A DNA stretch of 64,000 nt from a virus (Duplodnaviria > Caudoviricetes). The notes beneath the pieces were generated by a model. That model searched no databases, was not told where the DNA came from, and worked only from the letters and a program-made list of their open reading frames with translations. A program made the position numbers and the translations under genes. Positions within the stretch are counted from its first letter, which is position 1. Each line of letters begins with the position of its first letter. Of the stretch, positions 40,465-49,814 are shown piece by piece. The stretch is taken from positions 1,367 through 65,366 of IMG/VR virus record IMGVR_UViG_3300021256_000012, one strand, 5' to 3'.

Positions 40465-40901
40465 TCTTCCACCTTCATAACAATGTCACCGTCAAAGGCT
40501 ACCTGTTCTTCGCTGTTGCATGGCATACCCGTAACAGTTTCTATAAACTCTGCAACTTCATTCTCTCTGAGGATATGGTTATTCTCCAGGAAGTAACATA
40601 CCATGGCTATATCACGCTTGATAGGGGATACAGACACAGTTCCATTGTTGTGATATACATTTGTAACCAGTGCCTCATAGATGGAAGTGTAGTCCTCCAT
40701 ACCCAAATCGAGCTCTTTGGCGCGGCTTTGCAAAAGCATTTCAAACTTTCCTACATGCAAATCGTTGGTCTTGATCCATGACAATACGGTTGACATTTCA
40801 AGAGTAAGCAGATTCTTCGCACCCTTTGGAATGTCGTTGAGGTCTGTGTCCAATATCTTACCCAATACCATAGACAATGGAATGTATTTGCGTTTGTTCA
40901 T
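40461..40901 (-). CDS. hypothetical protein
   Basis: SD GAGGAG. Confidence 0.6.
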   Translation of the reverse strand: MNKRKYIPLSMVLGKILDTDLNDIPKGAKNLLTLEMSTVLSWIKTNDLHVGKFEMLLQSRAKELDLGMEDYTSIYEALVTNVYHNNGTVSVSPIKRDIAMVCYFLENNHILRENEVAEFIETVTGMPCNSEEQVAFDGDIVMKVEE

Positions 40902-40904
40902 CTG

Positions 40905-41426
40905 CTACTCCTCAACTCCGAAAGGGTGCCATGTACCAGTTTCATCTTTCCATTCATAGTTTTTAAATAGAGTGTCTAAAGGATATAAACGTGTGCCTAA
41001 ACCAATTGTTTGTGCTTCATTCTTTCTTTCAATCATTTCTGTTATTACTGTAGTAATTTGTTCTTTATTGTATAAACTTCTAAATGTAATAATGTCACCA
41101 ATTACTTTAGAAGTTTCAAATTCAAATTCATCAAGATTTCTAAATGGTCTTAACTGTTTCTCTATCTTATGAACCTTATCAGCAGGTACACATAAAGCAT
41201 AGGAGCTGGTTGTGCAGTCGTCATTATGTACATTGAAACGTAGCTCACATAACGTACTGTTTATACCCTCTAAGGTACGGGTAGTACCGTCTTTGATTAC
41301 ATTCTCTAAACTCTTAATAGAGTCGGCAACGTATACCTCCTTGCCGGTATACTCTACAGCTCGGTCGGCTGTAATAACAGTGAACAGATAATCCATGTCC
41401 ACCATTTCAAATAAGTCTGTCTTCAT
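40905..41426 (-). CDS. W-x-PFG family protein (copy 4)
   Basis: LRPFRNLDEF...LFKNYEW...WHPFGVEE. Confidence 0.7.
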   Translation of the reverse strand: MKTDLFEMVDMDYLFTVITADRAVEYTGKEVYVADSIKSLENVIKDGTTRTLEGINSTLCELRFNVHNDDCTTSSYALCVPADKVHKIEKQLRPFRNLDEFEFETSKVIGDIITFRSLYNKEQITTVITEMIERKNEAQTIGLGTRLYPLDTLFKNYEWKDETGTWHPFGVEE

Positions 41427-41428
41427 AT

Positions 41429-41677
41429 TTAGAACCTCTCAAATCTATACTTCTGTTTCACATCAGGATATTTCTCATGATCAACCTCTGACATAAACAT
41501 GTCTAAAGGTCTTATGCATGGTTCAACTGGAATATATTTATTTATAAGTGGAGTGAATTTCTTATATACCACCATCTTTTCTTTAGTTTCAGAATGATGA
41601 CCTATACAAATAATCTGATAATATTCGCCTTTGAAATGCTGCCAAATCTCATGTTCTCTAGGTAATTCTCTATTCAT
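41429..41677 (-). CDS. DUF1653 domain protein
   Basis: WQHFKGEYY...HSETKEKMVVY...RPLDMFMSEVD...KYRF. Confidence 0.85.
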   Translation of the reverse strand: MNRELPREHEIWQHFKGEYYQIICIGHHSETKEKMVVYKKFTPLINKYIPVEPCIRPLDMFMSEVDHEKYPDVKQKYRFERF

Positions 41678-41685
41678 TTTCCACC

Positions 41686-41916
41686 TTACTCCTCAGTTAT
41701 TGCCCTTACCTGTCTGATGTATTCCATTGTAGGTGCGAACGCTCCCTTAATGAACTCACAGAAAATCTTATCGTCACTCTGCATGGCTTCCTCATAGACA
41801 AGCTCCACGTCATTTGCAAGGGTTGCAATTCTCTGCAGCTTGTCGGATAGTTTCATCACCTGCTGATTAAGATAAACTATCTGGTCTTTATAAGTTATAT
41901 CACTCACCTTTACCAC
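41686..41916 (-). CDS. hypothetical protein
   Basis: ORF track. Confidence 0.55.
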   Translation of the reverse strand: MVKVSDITYKDQIVYLNQQVMKLSDKLQRIATLANDVELVYEEAMQSDDKIFCEFIKGAFAPTMEYIRQVRAITEE

Positions 41917-42113
41917 CTGTCGTCCGGGTAATTCCAGTTTCCCCAGTCGTGGTTATCGGCTTCCCACTCCTCATACTCACGCTTACGTTGGGCAAGATCC
42001 TCATAGTCGGTCATGTCTACTTCTTCCTCGTCCTCTTCATCATGATAATTAAGGGACGCCTCCGGTGGTTCTAAGTCTGGCTCAGGACAATCATTCCACA
42101 TACTCATAGTCAT
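41910..42113 (-). CDS. very acidic small protein
   Basis: D/E-rich 67 aa. Confidence 0.55.
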   Translation of the reverse strand: MTMSMWNDCPEPDLEPPEASLNYHDEEDEEEVDMTDYEDLAQRKREYEEWEADNHDWGNWNYPDDRW

Positions 42114-42388
42114 TCCCCCTCGTCGTCTTCAACGACAATGTTATTATCCGTTGCATAAATCTCAACTGTACCGTCGGGACTTGATACGTCCATCATACCA
42201 TCCTGATTTATATACACACGGCATACGGTTTTCTCAGGCTCCATGGTTCTGAACTTTTCATTAGCCACCATTGAAGGCAGAACTGTACGCTCCATGTGTG
42301 TGCGTGTAGCCTCATAGGTCACAAGGTTAGAACCTATGAACAGAACCGTCCATACAACTGCACCACGTCTAGTCATAGTCCACCTCAT
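42110..42388 (-). CDS. membrane-anchored hypothetical protein
   Basis: N-terminal hydrophobic helix. Confidence 0.55.
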   Translation of the reverse strand: MRWTMTRRGAVVWTVLFIGSNLVTYEATRTHMERTVLPSMVANEKFRTMEPEKTVCRVYINQDGMMDVSSPDGTVEIYATDNNIVVEDDEGE

Positions 42389-42617
42389 TCAGCTGCTGAA
42401 GCTGTGTTGTGTCGTCTGCAATAAGTTTCTCCACGTCGTCCATGATAGTCTGCACTGAATCAATGGCAAACTGTACGTCAATCTTACCGTTGAGTATGAG
42501 TGCCCCTGCTGATTTGATATTCTTTACACTTTCTGCCAAGTGCTGCTGTGCTATCTTATTTATGTTCAGTCGATGCGCATAGTATGCACTCAACTGTGTC
42601 CCCTCTAACTTTGTCAT
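42369..42617 (-). CDS. hypothetical protein
   Basis: SD GGGAG. Confidence 0.55.
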   Translation of the reverse strand: MTKLEGTQLSAYYAHRLNINKIAQQHLAESVKNIKSAGALILNGKIDVQFAIDSVQTIMDDVEKLIADDTTQLQQLNEVDYD

Positions 42618-42631
42618 TTCCCGTCTCTCCC

Positions 42632-42904
42632 TTATGCGTATTCTTTTATCTCGAAGAAAATCTCTCTAAACTTATTCTGAATGAATGATGTTGTAGCTGA
42701 ATAGTCTGTGTCGTCAAAGTAAAGCACGTCACGGTTAGTCATATCGACACGACCTATCAGTGTGTCATAAGACCATACCTCATACAGCTTGCGCTTCATA
42801 ACCCTGGCACGTGCGGTCCCCGCATTGAACGGGATCATGTGCAGCAGATAGGTCCCCACCTGGTTACGTTTAATGCTGTCAATTTTTGGAAGTACCTTAG
42901 CCAT
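42632..42904 (-). CDS. hypothetical early protein
   Basis: WSYDTLIG...YSATTS motif. Confidence 0.6.
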   Translation of the reverse strand: MAKVLPKIDSIKRNQVGTYLLHMIPFNAGTARARVMKRKLYEVWSYDTLIGRVDMTNRDVLYFDDTDYSATTSFIQNKFREIFFEIKEYA

Positions 42905-43467
42905 TAGAAAATCTCCTCCTTCTCATATAGTCCATTGTTATACAGCACGTCCAGTAGCTCATCACGTGTACACTTACCGTCACGGAATGCCTGTAGTTTA
43001 TTCAGCACATCATCACTTACCAGCTTGAGCTCATAGTCCTGCATAATATCAACCTGTCCGCAACTCCTGCACTCGCATACAAACTCGTCGTCCTTGTCGT
43101 CTATGTCCGCACCCACACACTCATACAGCTGCTCCGTCTGCTCAACAGTCAAGCCCTCCATAGCAGACTCGAAGTCACTCTGAAAGCTGTCGTCATATCC
43201 GGGATAAGGACCATACTCATAATTGCGTGCCTCGTCTGCCCAGTCCTCAAGTCCTTTGTATGTCTGCCCTGCCCTTACAGCGTCTTTCCATAAGTCCTCG
43301 TAATAATCCAGTACATTGTTGTATTCATTGCGTCGCTCAATCTCATCAGGACTTACATACTCCATGGTGTATAGGTATACTGAACCAAGACCAAGTTCTT
43401 CAACTACTACAATCTCGTTGTCGGCTACACCCAGGATAATGTTCAGTTCAATTCTCTTGTCTTCCAT
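42904..43467 (-). CDS. acidic early protein
   Basis: SD GAGGAGG; D/E-rich. Confidence 0.65.
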   Translation of the reverse strand: MEDKRIELNIILGVADNEIVVVEELGLGSVYLYTMEYVSPDEIERRNEYNNVLDYYEDLWKDAVRAGQTYKGLEDWADEARNYEYGPYPGYDDSFQSDFESAMEGLTVEQTEQLYECVGADIDDKDDEFVCECRSCGQVDIMQDYELKLVSDDVLNKLQAFRDGKCTRDELLDVLYNNGLYEKEEIF

Positions 43468-43469
43468 AG

Positions 43470-44117
43470 CTATTCCTCCTCAACCTCTTCACGTGTATAG
43501 CTTGTGCCGTTGCTGTCGTATAACAGATCACTGTCCAGGTTGGCAATGATATTTTCCTCAGAACTCATATCGTCGGTAAGTTCAATCAGATAGTCATACA
43601 GTTTACGTTGCAGCTCATGCATGTACTCTGAGAGTTTAGCTTCAAGCTCTTCTGATATAGCATTCGCCATATCCTCAAACTTATCATTGTAAAAAGCACA
43701 GTCATCAATAGCCACGTGACCTGAAGAACAGAAGTAATCACGTGCGCATGGAAGCGACCAGGAGATACTAATATTGTCTATATAGTCCTGTGCGCTAACT
43801 GAAGTATTACGCCATGCATTCTCAATAAGTTCCATCGCACCGGACTTCTCAATCAGTATGTCCTTATCAAGTGTACACTGTCTGAATGCCACATGGTCAT
43901 ACTGATAATTGCTCAGGTCATAGGATAAATCACTGAGCTTGTCAATGCTTACGCCTGAGTCAATCAGTGGGCAGCGGTCGCTATCAAACAGCCATAGATG
44001 AAGGTCGTCTTCAAACATACAGTCGAAATAAAACGTGCGCTCTTTGTCAATAACTTTCTGTTTTGCCTTTTCACTGAGCTCTTCAAACTCATAGACAGGT
44101 GTCTTAATGTATTTCAT
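43470..44117 (-). CDS. acidic early protein
   Basis: VYEFEELSEKAKQK N-terminal motif; D/E-rich. Confidence 0.65.
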   Translation of the reverse strand: MKYIKTPVYEFEELSEKAKQKVIDKERTFYFDCMFEDDLHLWLFDSDRCPLIDSGVSIDKLSDLSYDLSNYQYDHVAFRQCTLDKDILIEKSGAMELIENAWRNTSVSAQDYIDNISISWSLPCARDYFCSSGHVAIDDCAFYNDKFEDMANAISEELEAKLSEYMHELQRKLYDYLIELTDDMSSEENIIANLDSDLLYDSNGTSYTREEVEEE

Positions 44118-44160
44118 ATATCCTCACTTGTACTTTGTACAGTTGTTTAAGTTTAAATCT

Positions 44161-45024
44161 TTATCCTAATACTGTCTTAGCGGCAGTACCTTTAACCAGG
44201 GAGGCGTGTATAAATATCACCTGTCCCTGTTTGTTCTTATAATAATCTGAACTCAGACGTCTGAAATGTCCACGTCTGAAATGTGTAACTCTGTGCTGTT
44301 TCTTTCCTTCTTCACGCTCGACCACACGTTTGTCTGTATGCAGTGTGTACTTACGTGCCGTAGCATGCTCAGGGTCGGGCTCTGCCTGTCGTGGTTTACC
44401 GTCCACCAGTGCATCAGGAAACGCCAGCACATAGTAAATCAGATTAAGCAATAGCTTTAAATCATTAGGCGGGGTCTCATTGAGATCTCGTATGATATAG
44501 GTTGCATACAGTCTCTCATGGTTCTCTGCTACTACTACACCGAAGTCATAATCATCCCCTACGGCTATCATATATGTGTATGCGTCCTTCTCCCCAGGGA
44601 TTCTCAGATGCAGTGACATATATTTATTACCGCTCTCACCTTCACCGACGCTGACTCCGTACTTAAGCACAAAGTCTTTTATAGCGTCGATGTCTTTTAT
44701 ACACTCAGTCTGTAGCAGAAAGTCCTTAAGCTCTGCACTGTCAAAATAATACGACGGTATACTATGTGCTATAAACTCATCCTCCAACAGATTAAGGTAC
44801 ATTTCTTTATACAGCTCACGCTTTAAAGCAGCTTCTTCATCGCTAAACTGATATGTCTGTGTCATCATTTTACTGAGTCTAAGCTCTGCCATTTCAGCAA
44901 ACAGTTTTTCCTGGAAATTTGCTCTATCTGTATGGTATTGCTTAGCGTAAGCCTTATACAGTTTATTCTGTGCAAGCTGAATATACTTACGCTCACTGAC
45001 AAACGGTTTAGAATAGCGCACCAT
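44161..45024 (-). CDS. hypothetical protein with C-terminal HFRRGHFR motif
   Basis: 287 aa; basic His/Arg motif. Confidence 0.65.
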   Translation of the reverse strand: MVRYSKPFVSERKYIQLAQNKLYKAYAKQYHTDRANFQEKLFAEMAELRLSKMMTQTYQFSDEEAALKRELYKEMYLNLLEDEFIAHSIPSYYFDSAELKDFLLQTECIKDIDAIKDFVLKYGVSVGEGESGNKYMSLHLRIPGEKDAYTYMIAVGDDYDFGVVVAENHERLYATYIIRDLNETPPNDLKLLLNLIYYVLAFPDALVDGKPRQAEPDPEHATARKYTLHTDKRVVEREEGKKQHRVTHFRRGHFRRLSSDYYKNKQGQVIFIHASLVKGTAAKTVLG

Positions 45025-45027
45025 GTA

Positions 45028-45714
45028 TTATTCCTCGCTACCCTCAGCGTTCTCGGTCTTCTCAGTGTCGGTCACGTCCAGCACTCCGAATGGGATCCAC
45101 TCGTCGTCTTTCCTGTACTCATACTGATCGAACAGCATACCTAAGGAATAAATCGCGGTTCCTAATGTTACAGAAGATTTATCTATCTCAATCAGCATAG
45201 CTTCACGCTCAGACTCAGGCTTATTCTTAATCCTGAACTCAAGGGACTCACCAACCTTAATCGGAATAGTCTGTTTGAACTCGTCAATGGTCGTGAATGC
45301 ACGGTATGAACCGCACTCTTTTCTAACCTCTTCCTTAATCTCGTCCAGGTCAAGGCCATCAATCTCCACCTCACCGTCAATGACATTCTGTGCAAGCTCG
45401 TTCTGGTCGATAACATCATACGGATCATCAGTAGACTTGTATGATCCATAGTCAATATAGAAAAAGTCCTCACTGTCATCGAAGCTGTTAAAGCTGTCGT
45501 CTACCTTTCTGATAATCTCACTTGCACTCATGCCGACGAATGTATCACACACCTCGTCGAAGTCTGCCATAGGATAGATGTGATATGAGTCGCCGCATAT
45601 TTCATTCCATGCTTCTACAACGTCGGCACGGTCGCAATCATAGATAGCTTCTTTAACAGCAGCGTGTAATTTAGTTTCAAAATTATCGTTCATAATGTTT
45701 CCTTGCATGTTCAC
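45028..45714 (-). CDS. fusion of acidic WNE domain and W-x-PFG domain (copy 5)
   Basis: N-half resembles 46691..47101; C-half YRAFTTIDEF...WIPFG. Confidence 0.7.
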   Translation of the reverse strand: MNMQGNIMNDNFETKLHAAVKEAIYDCDRADVVEAWNEICGDSYHIYPMADFDEVCDTFVGMSASEIIRKVDDSFNSFDDSEDFFYIDYGSYKSTDDPYDVIDQNELAQNVIDGEVEIDGLDLDEIKEEVRKECGSYRAFTTIDEFKQTIPIKVGESLEFRIKNKPESEREAMLIEIDKSSVTLGTAIYSLGMLFDQYEYRKDDEWIPFGVLDVTDTEKTENAEGSEE

Positions 45715-45738
45715 ATGCTTTATTTACGTTATGTGTTA

Positions 45739-45766
45739 ATTATAACACGGTTTAATTTAAATGCAA
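45739..45766 (-). promoter_or_regulatory. sigma70-type promoter
   Basis: TTGCAT-16-TATAAT upstream of 45714. Confidence 0.55.
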
Positions 45767-45794
45767 CATTTAATTGTAGATATACATCACATAT

Positions 45795-46010
45795 TTAATT
45801 TCCTTTAATGTGCGCACTAAAGAATTTAATCAGGTAATGAATGCCCTCGGATAGTCCTTTACCGCCCTGCTGCTGTCCTAAATAATCAAGCAGCTTTTTC
45901 TCTGCCGGTGTAATATAAATTGAATAGGACTTACCCTTAGTCTGTGTGTCATTGCGGACTGGTCGTCCGCTCTGTTTCTTAGTGTCCAGTGGTGGTATTA
46001 AATCGCTCAT
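45795..46010 (-). CDS. ribbon-helix-helix-like DNA-binding protein
   Basis: GRP...SYSIYITPAEKKLLDYLG...LSEGIHYLI. Confidence 0.55.
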   Translation of the reverse strand: MSDLIPPLDTKKQSGRPVRNDTQTKGKSYSIYITPAEKKLLDYLGQQQGGKGLSEGIHYLIKFFSAHIKGN

Positions 46011-46357
46011 TAGTCTATCTCCTTTACTTTATCCAGTAAGTTGTCAACGTCATTCTGTAACATTTCAATTCTTTCCTGATATGACTCAGCCAGGGACTGT
46101 AAGTCATACAGCTTCCATTTTATGTCGTCTGCATAGGCAGCTTCCCTCTTATCTGAAGTCGCGCTCACCTGTCTGTCAAGTCCATACTGTAGTTCCTGTA
46201 ACTGATGAATAAGCTCATGGATAGATGAGCGTGCCGTTTCCAGACCGACTCTAAGATTATGCTGTGCATTCCATTCGTCTCTCATACTAGCCTCCCACGT
46301 AAATACCTGAACCAAAATTTGAACCACATATATCTGTAATGTGTACACCCTGCACAC
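46010..46357 (-). CDS. coiled-coil hypothetical protein (start probably 46284)
   Basis: ORF track. Confidence 0.55.
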   Translation of the reverse strand: MCRVYTLQIYVVQILVQVFTWEASMRDEWNAQHNLRVGLETARSSIHELIHQLQELQYGLDRQVSATSDKREAAYADDIKWKLYDLQSLAESYQERIEMLQNDVDNLLDKVKEID

Positions 46358-46691
46358 CCAGCAATGGCTCCTCGTCGCATAGCAGGTCGCTCTCCTCTAG
46401 CTCAAGCTCCTCATTGTTTATGGAAAGAATGAGCGAGTCAAAGATAAGCTCGTCGCGGCGCTCGTCGTCCAGTGACTCATCTTTGTACAGGTCGTCTATG
46501 TAGTCCTGTATCTCTGCAAACAGAGTCACAAGTGTACCATACAAGTTGTCGGTCACAATGGGATAGCCATTGTACATCCCGGAAATAATCTTATATCTGT
46601 ACTTATGGTTACCAACAAATGTAAGTGAACCATGTTCAAGCCCTATCTCTAAAGGCCCGATAGCTTTCAGCTCCTTAGTAAAGTAACTCAT
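46287..46691 (-). CDS. acidic early protein
   Basis: D/E-rich. Confidence 0.6.
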   Translation of the reverse strand: MSYFTKELKAIGPLEIGLEHGSLTFVGNHKYRYKIISGMYNGYPIVTDNLYGTLVTLFAEIQDYIDDLYKDESLDDERRDELIFDSLILSINNEELELEESDLLCDEEPLLGVQGVHITDICGSNFGSGIYVGG

Positions 46692-47101
46692 TACTCCTCC
46701 TCGTCACCGTTGACAATCTCGTTCAGCTCGTCATAGTGAGTGACGTCAACGTCACCGTCTGCAATAGCCTTAGCAAGTATCTCACAGTCAAGCGGGCATC
46801 CCTCGTCTGCATACTCAAGACTATTGAATGAGATATAATGACCGTAACCGTTAATAAAGAAATAGTCATCGTTAGTGTCGAACCGTCTAAAGTCTATCTG
46901 AATACGGTCAATAAGTTCTAAAGTTGTGCGATTATTACCCACCATATACTCAACGTCGTATATCTCGTTGAGATCTTCTATGTTATATATGCGATCATCC
47001 ATGTAGTTGCACTCGTCGCAATACTCATTCCATAACCCGATAAGTTCTGAGTCATCCATGCTCTCAAGTGCAAGGATTAAAGCGTTAATTCTTTCTTCCA
47101 T
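46691..47101 (-). CDS. acidic early protein, candidate DNA mimic / anti-restriction
   Basis: About 37 D/E versus 7 K/R in 136 aa (manual count). Confidence 0.6.
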   Translation of the reverse strand: MEERINALILALESMDDSELIGLWNEYCDECNYMDDRIYNIEDLNEIYDVEYMVGNNRTTLELIDRIQIDFRRFDTNDDYFFINGYGHYISFNSLEYADEGCPLDCEILAKAIADGDVDVTHYDELNEIVNGDEEE

Positions 47102-47112
47102 AATCCTGTCTC

Positions 47113-47286
47113 CTATAACTTAAAGATGTTGTCATAGCCTAGGTTCTCTATACTATACCCGGCACGATTGAATTGTTTACGTATCATGCCATAGGCTATC
47201 CTGAGTCCACGCATACTGTCATAATGTTTTGAGCAATAATGGAATGCACCATCACTGTTATGTACAAATACTCTGAAATAATACAT
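47113..47286 (-). CDS. 57-aa hypothetical protein (not in track)
   Basis: SD GGAG; MYYFRVFVH...IFKL. Confidence 0.55.
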   Translation of the reverse strand: MYYFRVFVHNSDGAFHYCSKHYDSMRGLRIAYGMIRKQFNRAGYSIENLGYDNIFKL

Positions 47287-47294
47287 AAGCTCTC

Positions 47295-47657
47295 CTATAA
47301 TCCTACAACGCTATGCTTAGCCAGATTGTCCTGCATAAACTGATACTCATTTGTATGCACTGTGAATTTGAACAGGTCGATAACCTCCTGTCTTGAGTAT
47401 CTCTTAAACAATACAGTAAACAGTTCAAACATTATGCGGTCGTCCATCTCTGTCCTAACCTCGTTTGTAAAGCGTGCAATCAATACACGGTCATAGAACA
47501 GGTTTATACCATAACGTCTGATGTTGTCTGAAAACTCTTCCCATGTACCCTGAGTCTGAATGTCGTATGCAAGCTGCATAAGTGCAAGTTTAATCTGATA
47601 CAGTGTCATAGTCCCCTCCTTACACCAGGTCATAGTCACCTGTATACAACTCGTCAA
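47295..47657 (-). CDS. hypothetical protein (start probably 47609)
   Basis: SD AAGGAGGG before MTLYQ. Confidence 0.6.
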   Translation of the reverse strand: MTSCIQVTMTWCKEGTMTLYQIKLALMQLAYDIQTQGTWEEFSDNIRRYGINLFYDRVLIARFTNEVRTEMDDRIMFELFTVLFKRYSRQEVIDLFKFTVHTNEYQFMQDNLAKHSVVGL

Positions 47658-48120
47658 GTGTATAGTTATTTGCGCGGCTTATGTCGTCAATTAAATTCAT
47701 CTGTGCCTGAACCAGATAGTCATCCTTTGAACAATAGACTGAATGATCTTCACATAGCGGTGAGTCGTCGTCTTTGAGCTGAATAAATGAATAATCATAT
47801 TCTTCATTCATTGCGCTAGTAGTGGTTCGTCGCAGACTGAACTGTAAAATATAAACGTCGTCGTCAATCATAAATATACATGGATCATTTGCTTCTTTTA
47901 TCTGCTCGACCTGGTCGTCACCCCATGTTTCTGATGACTCTGAATAATAGAATGCTATCAGTGTCACGTATACATTGTCCGAAACGTTGCCTAAATCTCT
48001 GTGCCATGTTGTAGCAGCTCGGTCCTGCGGTGACATTTTCTTAATGTCGTCAACCACACCGTTAATAAATTTGTTTACACATTCATGCATATAGGACCAG
48101 TTTAAATCTATGTATGCCAT
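47620..48120 (-). CDS. acidic early protein
   Basis: ORF track. Confidence 0.6.
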   Translation of the reverse strand: MAYIDLNWSYMHECVNKFINGVVDDIKKMSPQDRAATTWHRDLGNVSDNVYVTLIAFYYSESSETWGDDQVEQIKEANDPCIFMIDDDVYILQFSLRRTTTSAMNEEYDYSFIQLKDDDSPLCEDHSVYCSKDDYLVQAQMNLIDDISRANNYTLDELYTGDYDLV

Positions 48121-48126
48121 AATCTG

Positions 48127-48513
48127 TTACTCCTGTCTTAGTGCTGCCTGAATTTTGTTATATGCCTGAAATACAGCTCTTGTTTGCACGTCCAGCCAGT
48201 TCTCCCTAGCATTTGCCATCTGTTTCATTGAACCGTCTTTATAGTGTGCACGTTTGAACTCGGATGGGGTGCATAGACGCGCTGCTATGTCCTCGTCGTA
48301 GATCTCGAAACAGCCACCCTCGGATTGCCATTTCGCTACTGAATACAGTGACTCATGCTTGTCACGTCTATAGTTCAGGACGTCATCCACGGTCTTAATA
48401 TCACCGTCCCCATGCTCATCGACAATCTCTTGAGCATAACATAATACACCCCTGTCCCATGCTGATCTTGTTTTAACGGTATTCAGCTTTTTAAGTAAAT
48501 CAATCTTGTTCAT
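48127..48513 (-). CDS. early hypothetical protein
   Basis: RSAWDRGV..YA motif; first gene after promoter at 48560. Confidence 0.65.
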   Translation of the reverse strand: MNKIDLLKKLNTVKTRSAWDRGVLCYAQEIVDEHGDGDIKTVDDVLNYRRDKHESLYSVAKWQSEGGCFEIYDEDIAARLCTPSEFKRAHYKDGSMKQMANARENWLDVQTRAVFQAYNKIQAALRQE

Positions 48514-48559
48514 AATTTATCCTTGCTATTTAATAGCGTTATTTGCATTTGTTGTTTAT

Positions 48560-48588
48560 ATTATAGATTGTATATTTTATAATGTCAA
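48560..48588 (-). promoter_or_regulatory. perfect-consensus sigma70 early promoter
   Basis: TTGACA-17-TATAAT. Confidence 0.9.
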
Positions 48589-48616
48589 CAACTTTTTAGT
48601 GATTTGCAACAATTAT

Positions 48617-48838
48617 TTATGCCACCATGATTTTTTTGGTAAATGTTACAGTTGAATTATTGATCGCAACTGATCCCCACTGTATCTTTGAACCAAATTT
48701 ATTCAGGCGTATATATGAGTTATATCCATCAGCACTAAAGAAATATTCTTTACCGTTACGGTCAAGGGCGATCCCTTCCATTCCATCGGTTATGTACTGA
48801 CTGAGTGTTAAGTGTTTGCAGCGGTTTAATAATTTCAT
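48617..48838 (-). CDS. early hypothetical protein
   Basis: SD AAGGGG before MKLLNRC. Confidence 0.55.
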   Translation of the reverse strand: MKLLNRCKHLTLSQYITDGMEGIALDRNGKEYFFSADGYNSYIRLNKFGSKIQWGSVAINNSTVTFTKKIMVA

Positions 48839-48855
48839 GGTTGCCCCCTTGTATA

Positions 48856-49149
48856 TTAACCGTATACTCTTGTTAGCTTGTTGACGCTCACCCATTGCGT
48901 GCCTATCTGTATCTTGTTTGATTTGATAGTGCATCTAATAGGGTGACTATCTGAAGCTCTGAAGCACATCAGACGCTCACCATATTTGACTAGACGATAA
49001 CTAATGCCCTCGGTCATGGCACATAGTACAGAGCCGTCATTTAATCTGTTCAGGTTTGATATTGAGCGTGAACTGCTTACTAACTTTGTAGTAGCTATTG
49101 TTGCCCTTGATTCAAAGCGTCTGAATTTCATAAGGTTGTCCCCCCCCAT
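48856..49149 (-). CDS. first early ORF (hypothetical)
   Basis: G-rich SD-like run before MKFRR. Confidence 0.45.
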   Translation of the reverse strand: MGGDNLMKFRRFESRATIATTKLVSSSRSISNLNRLNDGSVLCAMTEGISYRLVKYGERLMCFRASDSHPIRCTIKSNKIQIGTQWVSVNKLTRVYG

Positions 49150-49420
49150 TTACTGAATGAATATTATTAAGGGCACTTAAAGCAAATGCCCTCTAAATAT
49201 GCACTTAGTCACATGATTTTTAACAGTCATTTAAGCCGTCCGATTAAGATTCATGATCGCACTATCAGTGTTATAAAATTCTGGACACACTGATCCCACA
49301 TCATTACGGCATACGCTGATCACTCGAATTTCATACGTGATCTATTTAAACGGTACTAACCGTCACGTTCGTTGCTACTTGTCAAGCTGTTTATTCCTTG
49401 CCTTATTCGCAACTGTTTAC

Positions 49421-49436
49421 AAATTTTTAAAGAGCT
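49421..49436 (-). promoter_or_regulatory. rrn-type boxA antitermination element
   Basis: AGCTCTTTAAAAATTT, 14/16 to E. coli rrn TGCTCTTTAACAATTT, about 25 nt downstream of promoter. Confidence 0.65.
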
Positions 49437-49466
49437 ATTGACCGTTTAGGTCGTTTGTTTTCTTTA

Positions 49467-49495
49467 ATTATAGATTAGGTAATTTAAATTGTCAA
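49467..49495 (-). promoter_or_regulatory. perfect-consensus sigma70 early promoter
   Basis: TTGACA-17-TATAAT. Confidence 0.9.
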
Positions 49496-49557
49496 TAGAT
49501 TTTTTAAAAATTTTACAATCTATTTTAACTGTTATTAAATTTTCTAATCTTATTTAC

Positions 49558-49586
49558 AGTATAGATTATAAAATGTGTAATGTCAA
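49558..49586 (-). promoter_or_regulatory. sigma70 early promoter
   Basis: TTGACA-17-TATACT. Confidence 0.8.
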
Positions 49587-49659
49587 ATCTTTTTGACTTT
49601 GAATTATCCAACCTATTTTTAAAAGAGCATTTAAAAGGTGTATCAACCTTTCATCTATA

Positions 49660-49687
49660 ATTATACATTGTCTAATCTATATTGCAA
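49660..49687 (-). promoter_or_regulatory. sigma70 early promoter
   Basis: TTGCAA-16-TATAAT, followed by boxA-like TGCTCTTTTAAAAAT at 49615-49629. Confidence 0.6.
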
Positions 49688-49814
49688 GAAGAATTTTAGA
49701 TCGTATAGCAGAAAATGCGTAACCTATTGAATTAAAAGGAAATTTAGTTATAGGTATTGAATACACCTTTTATATGGTGTTTGTTCAGGAATAGGATTTC
49801 ATGGAAAATATGTT

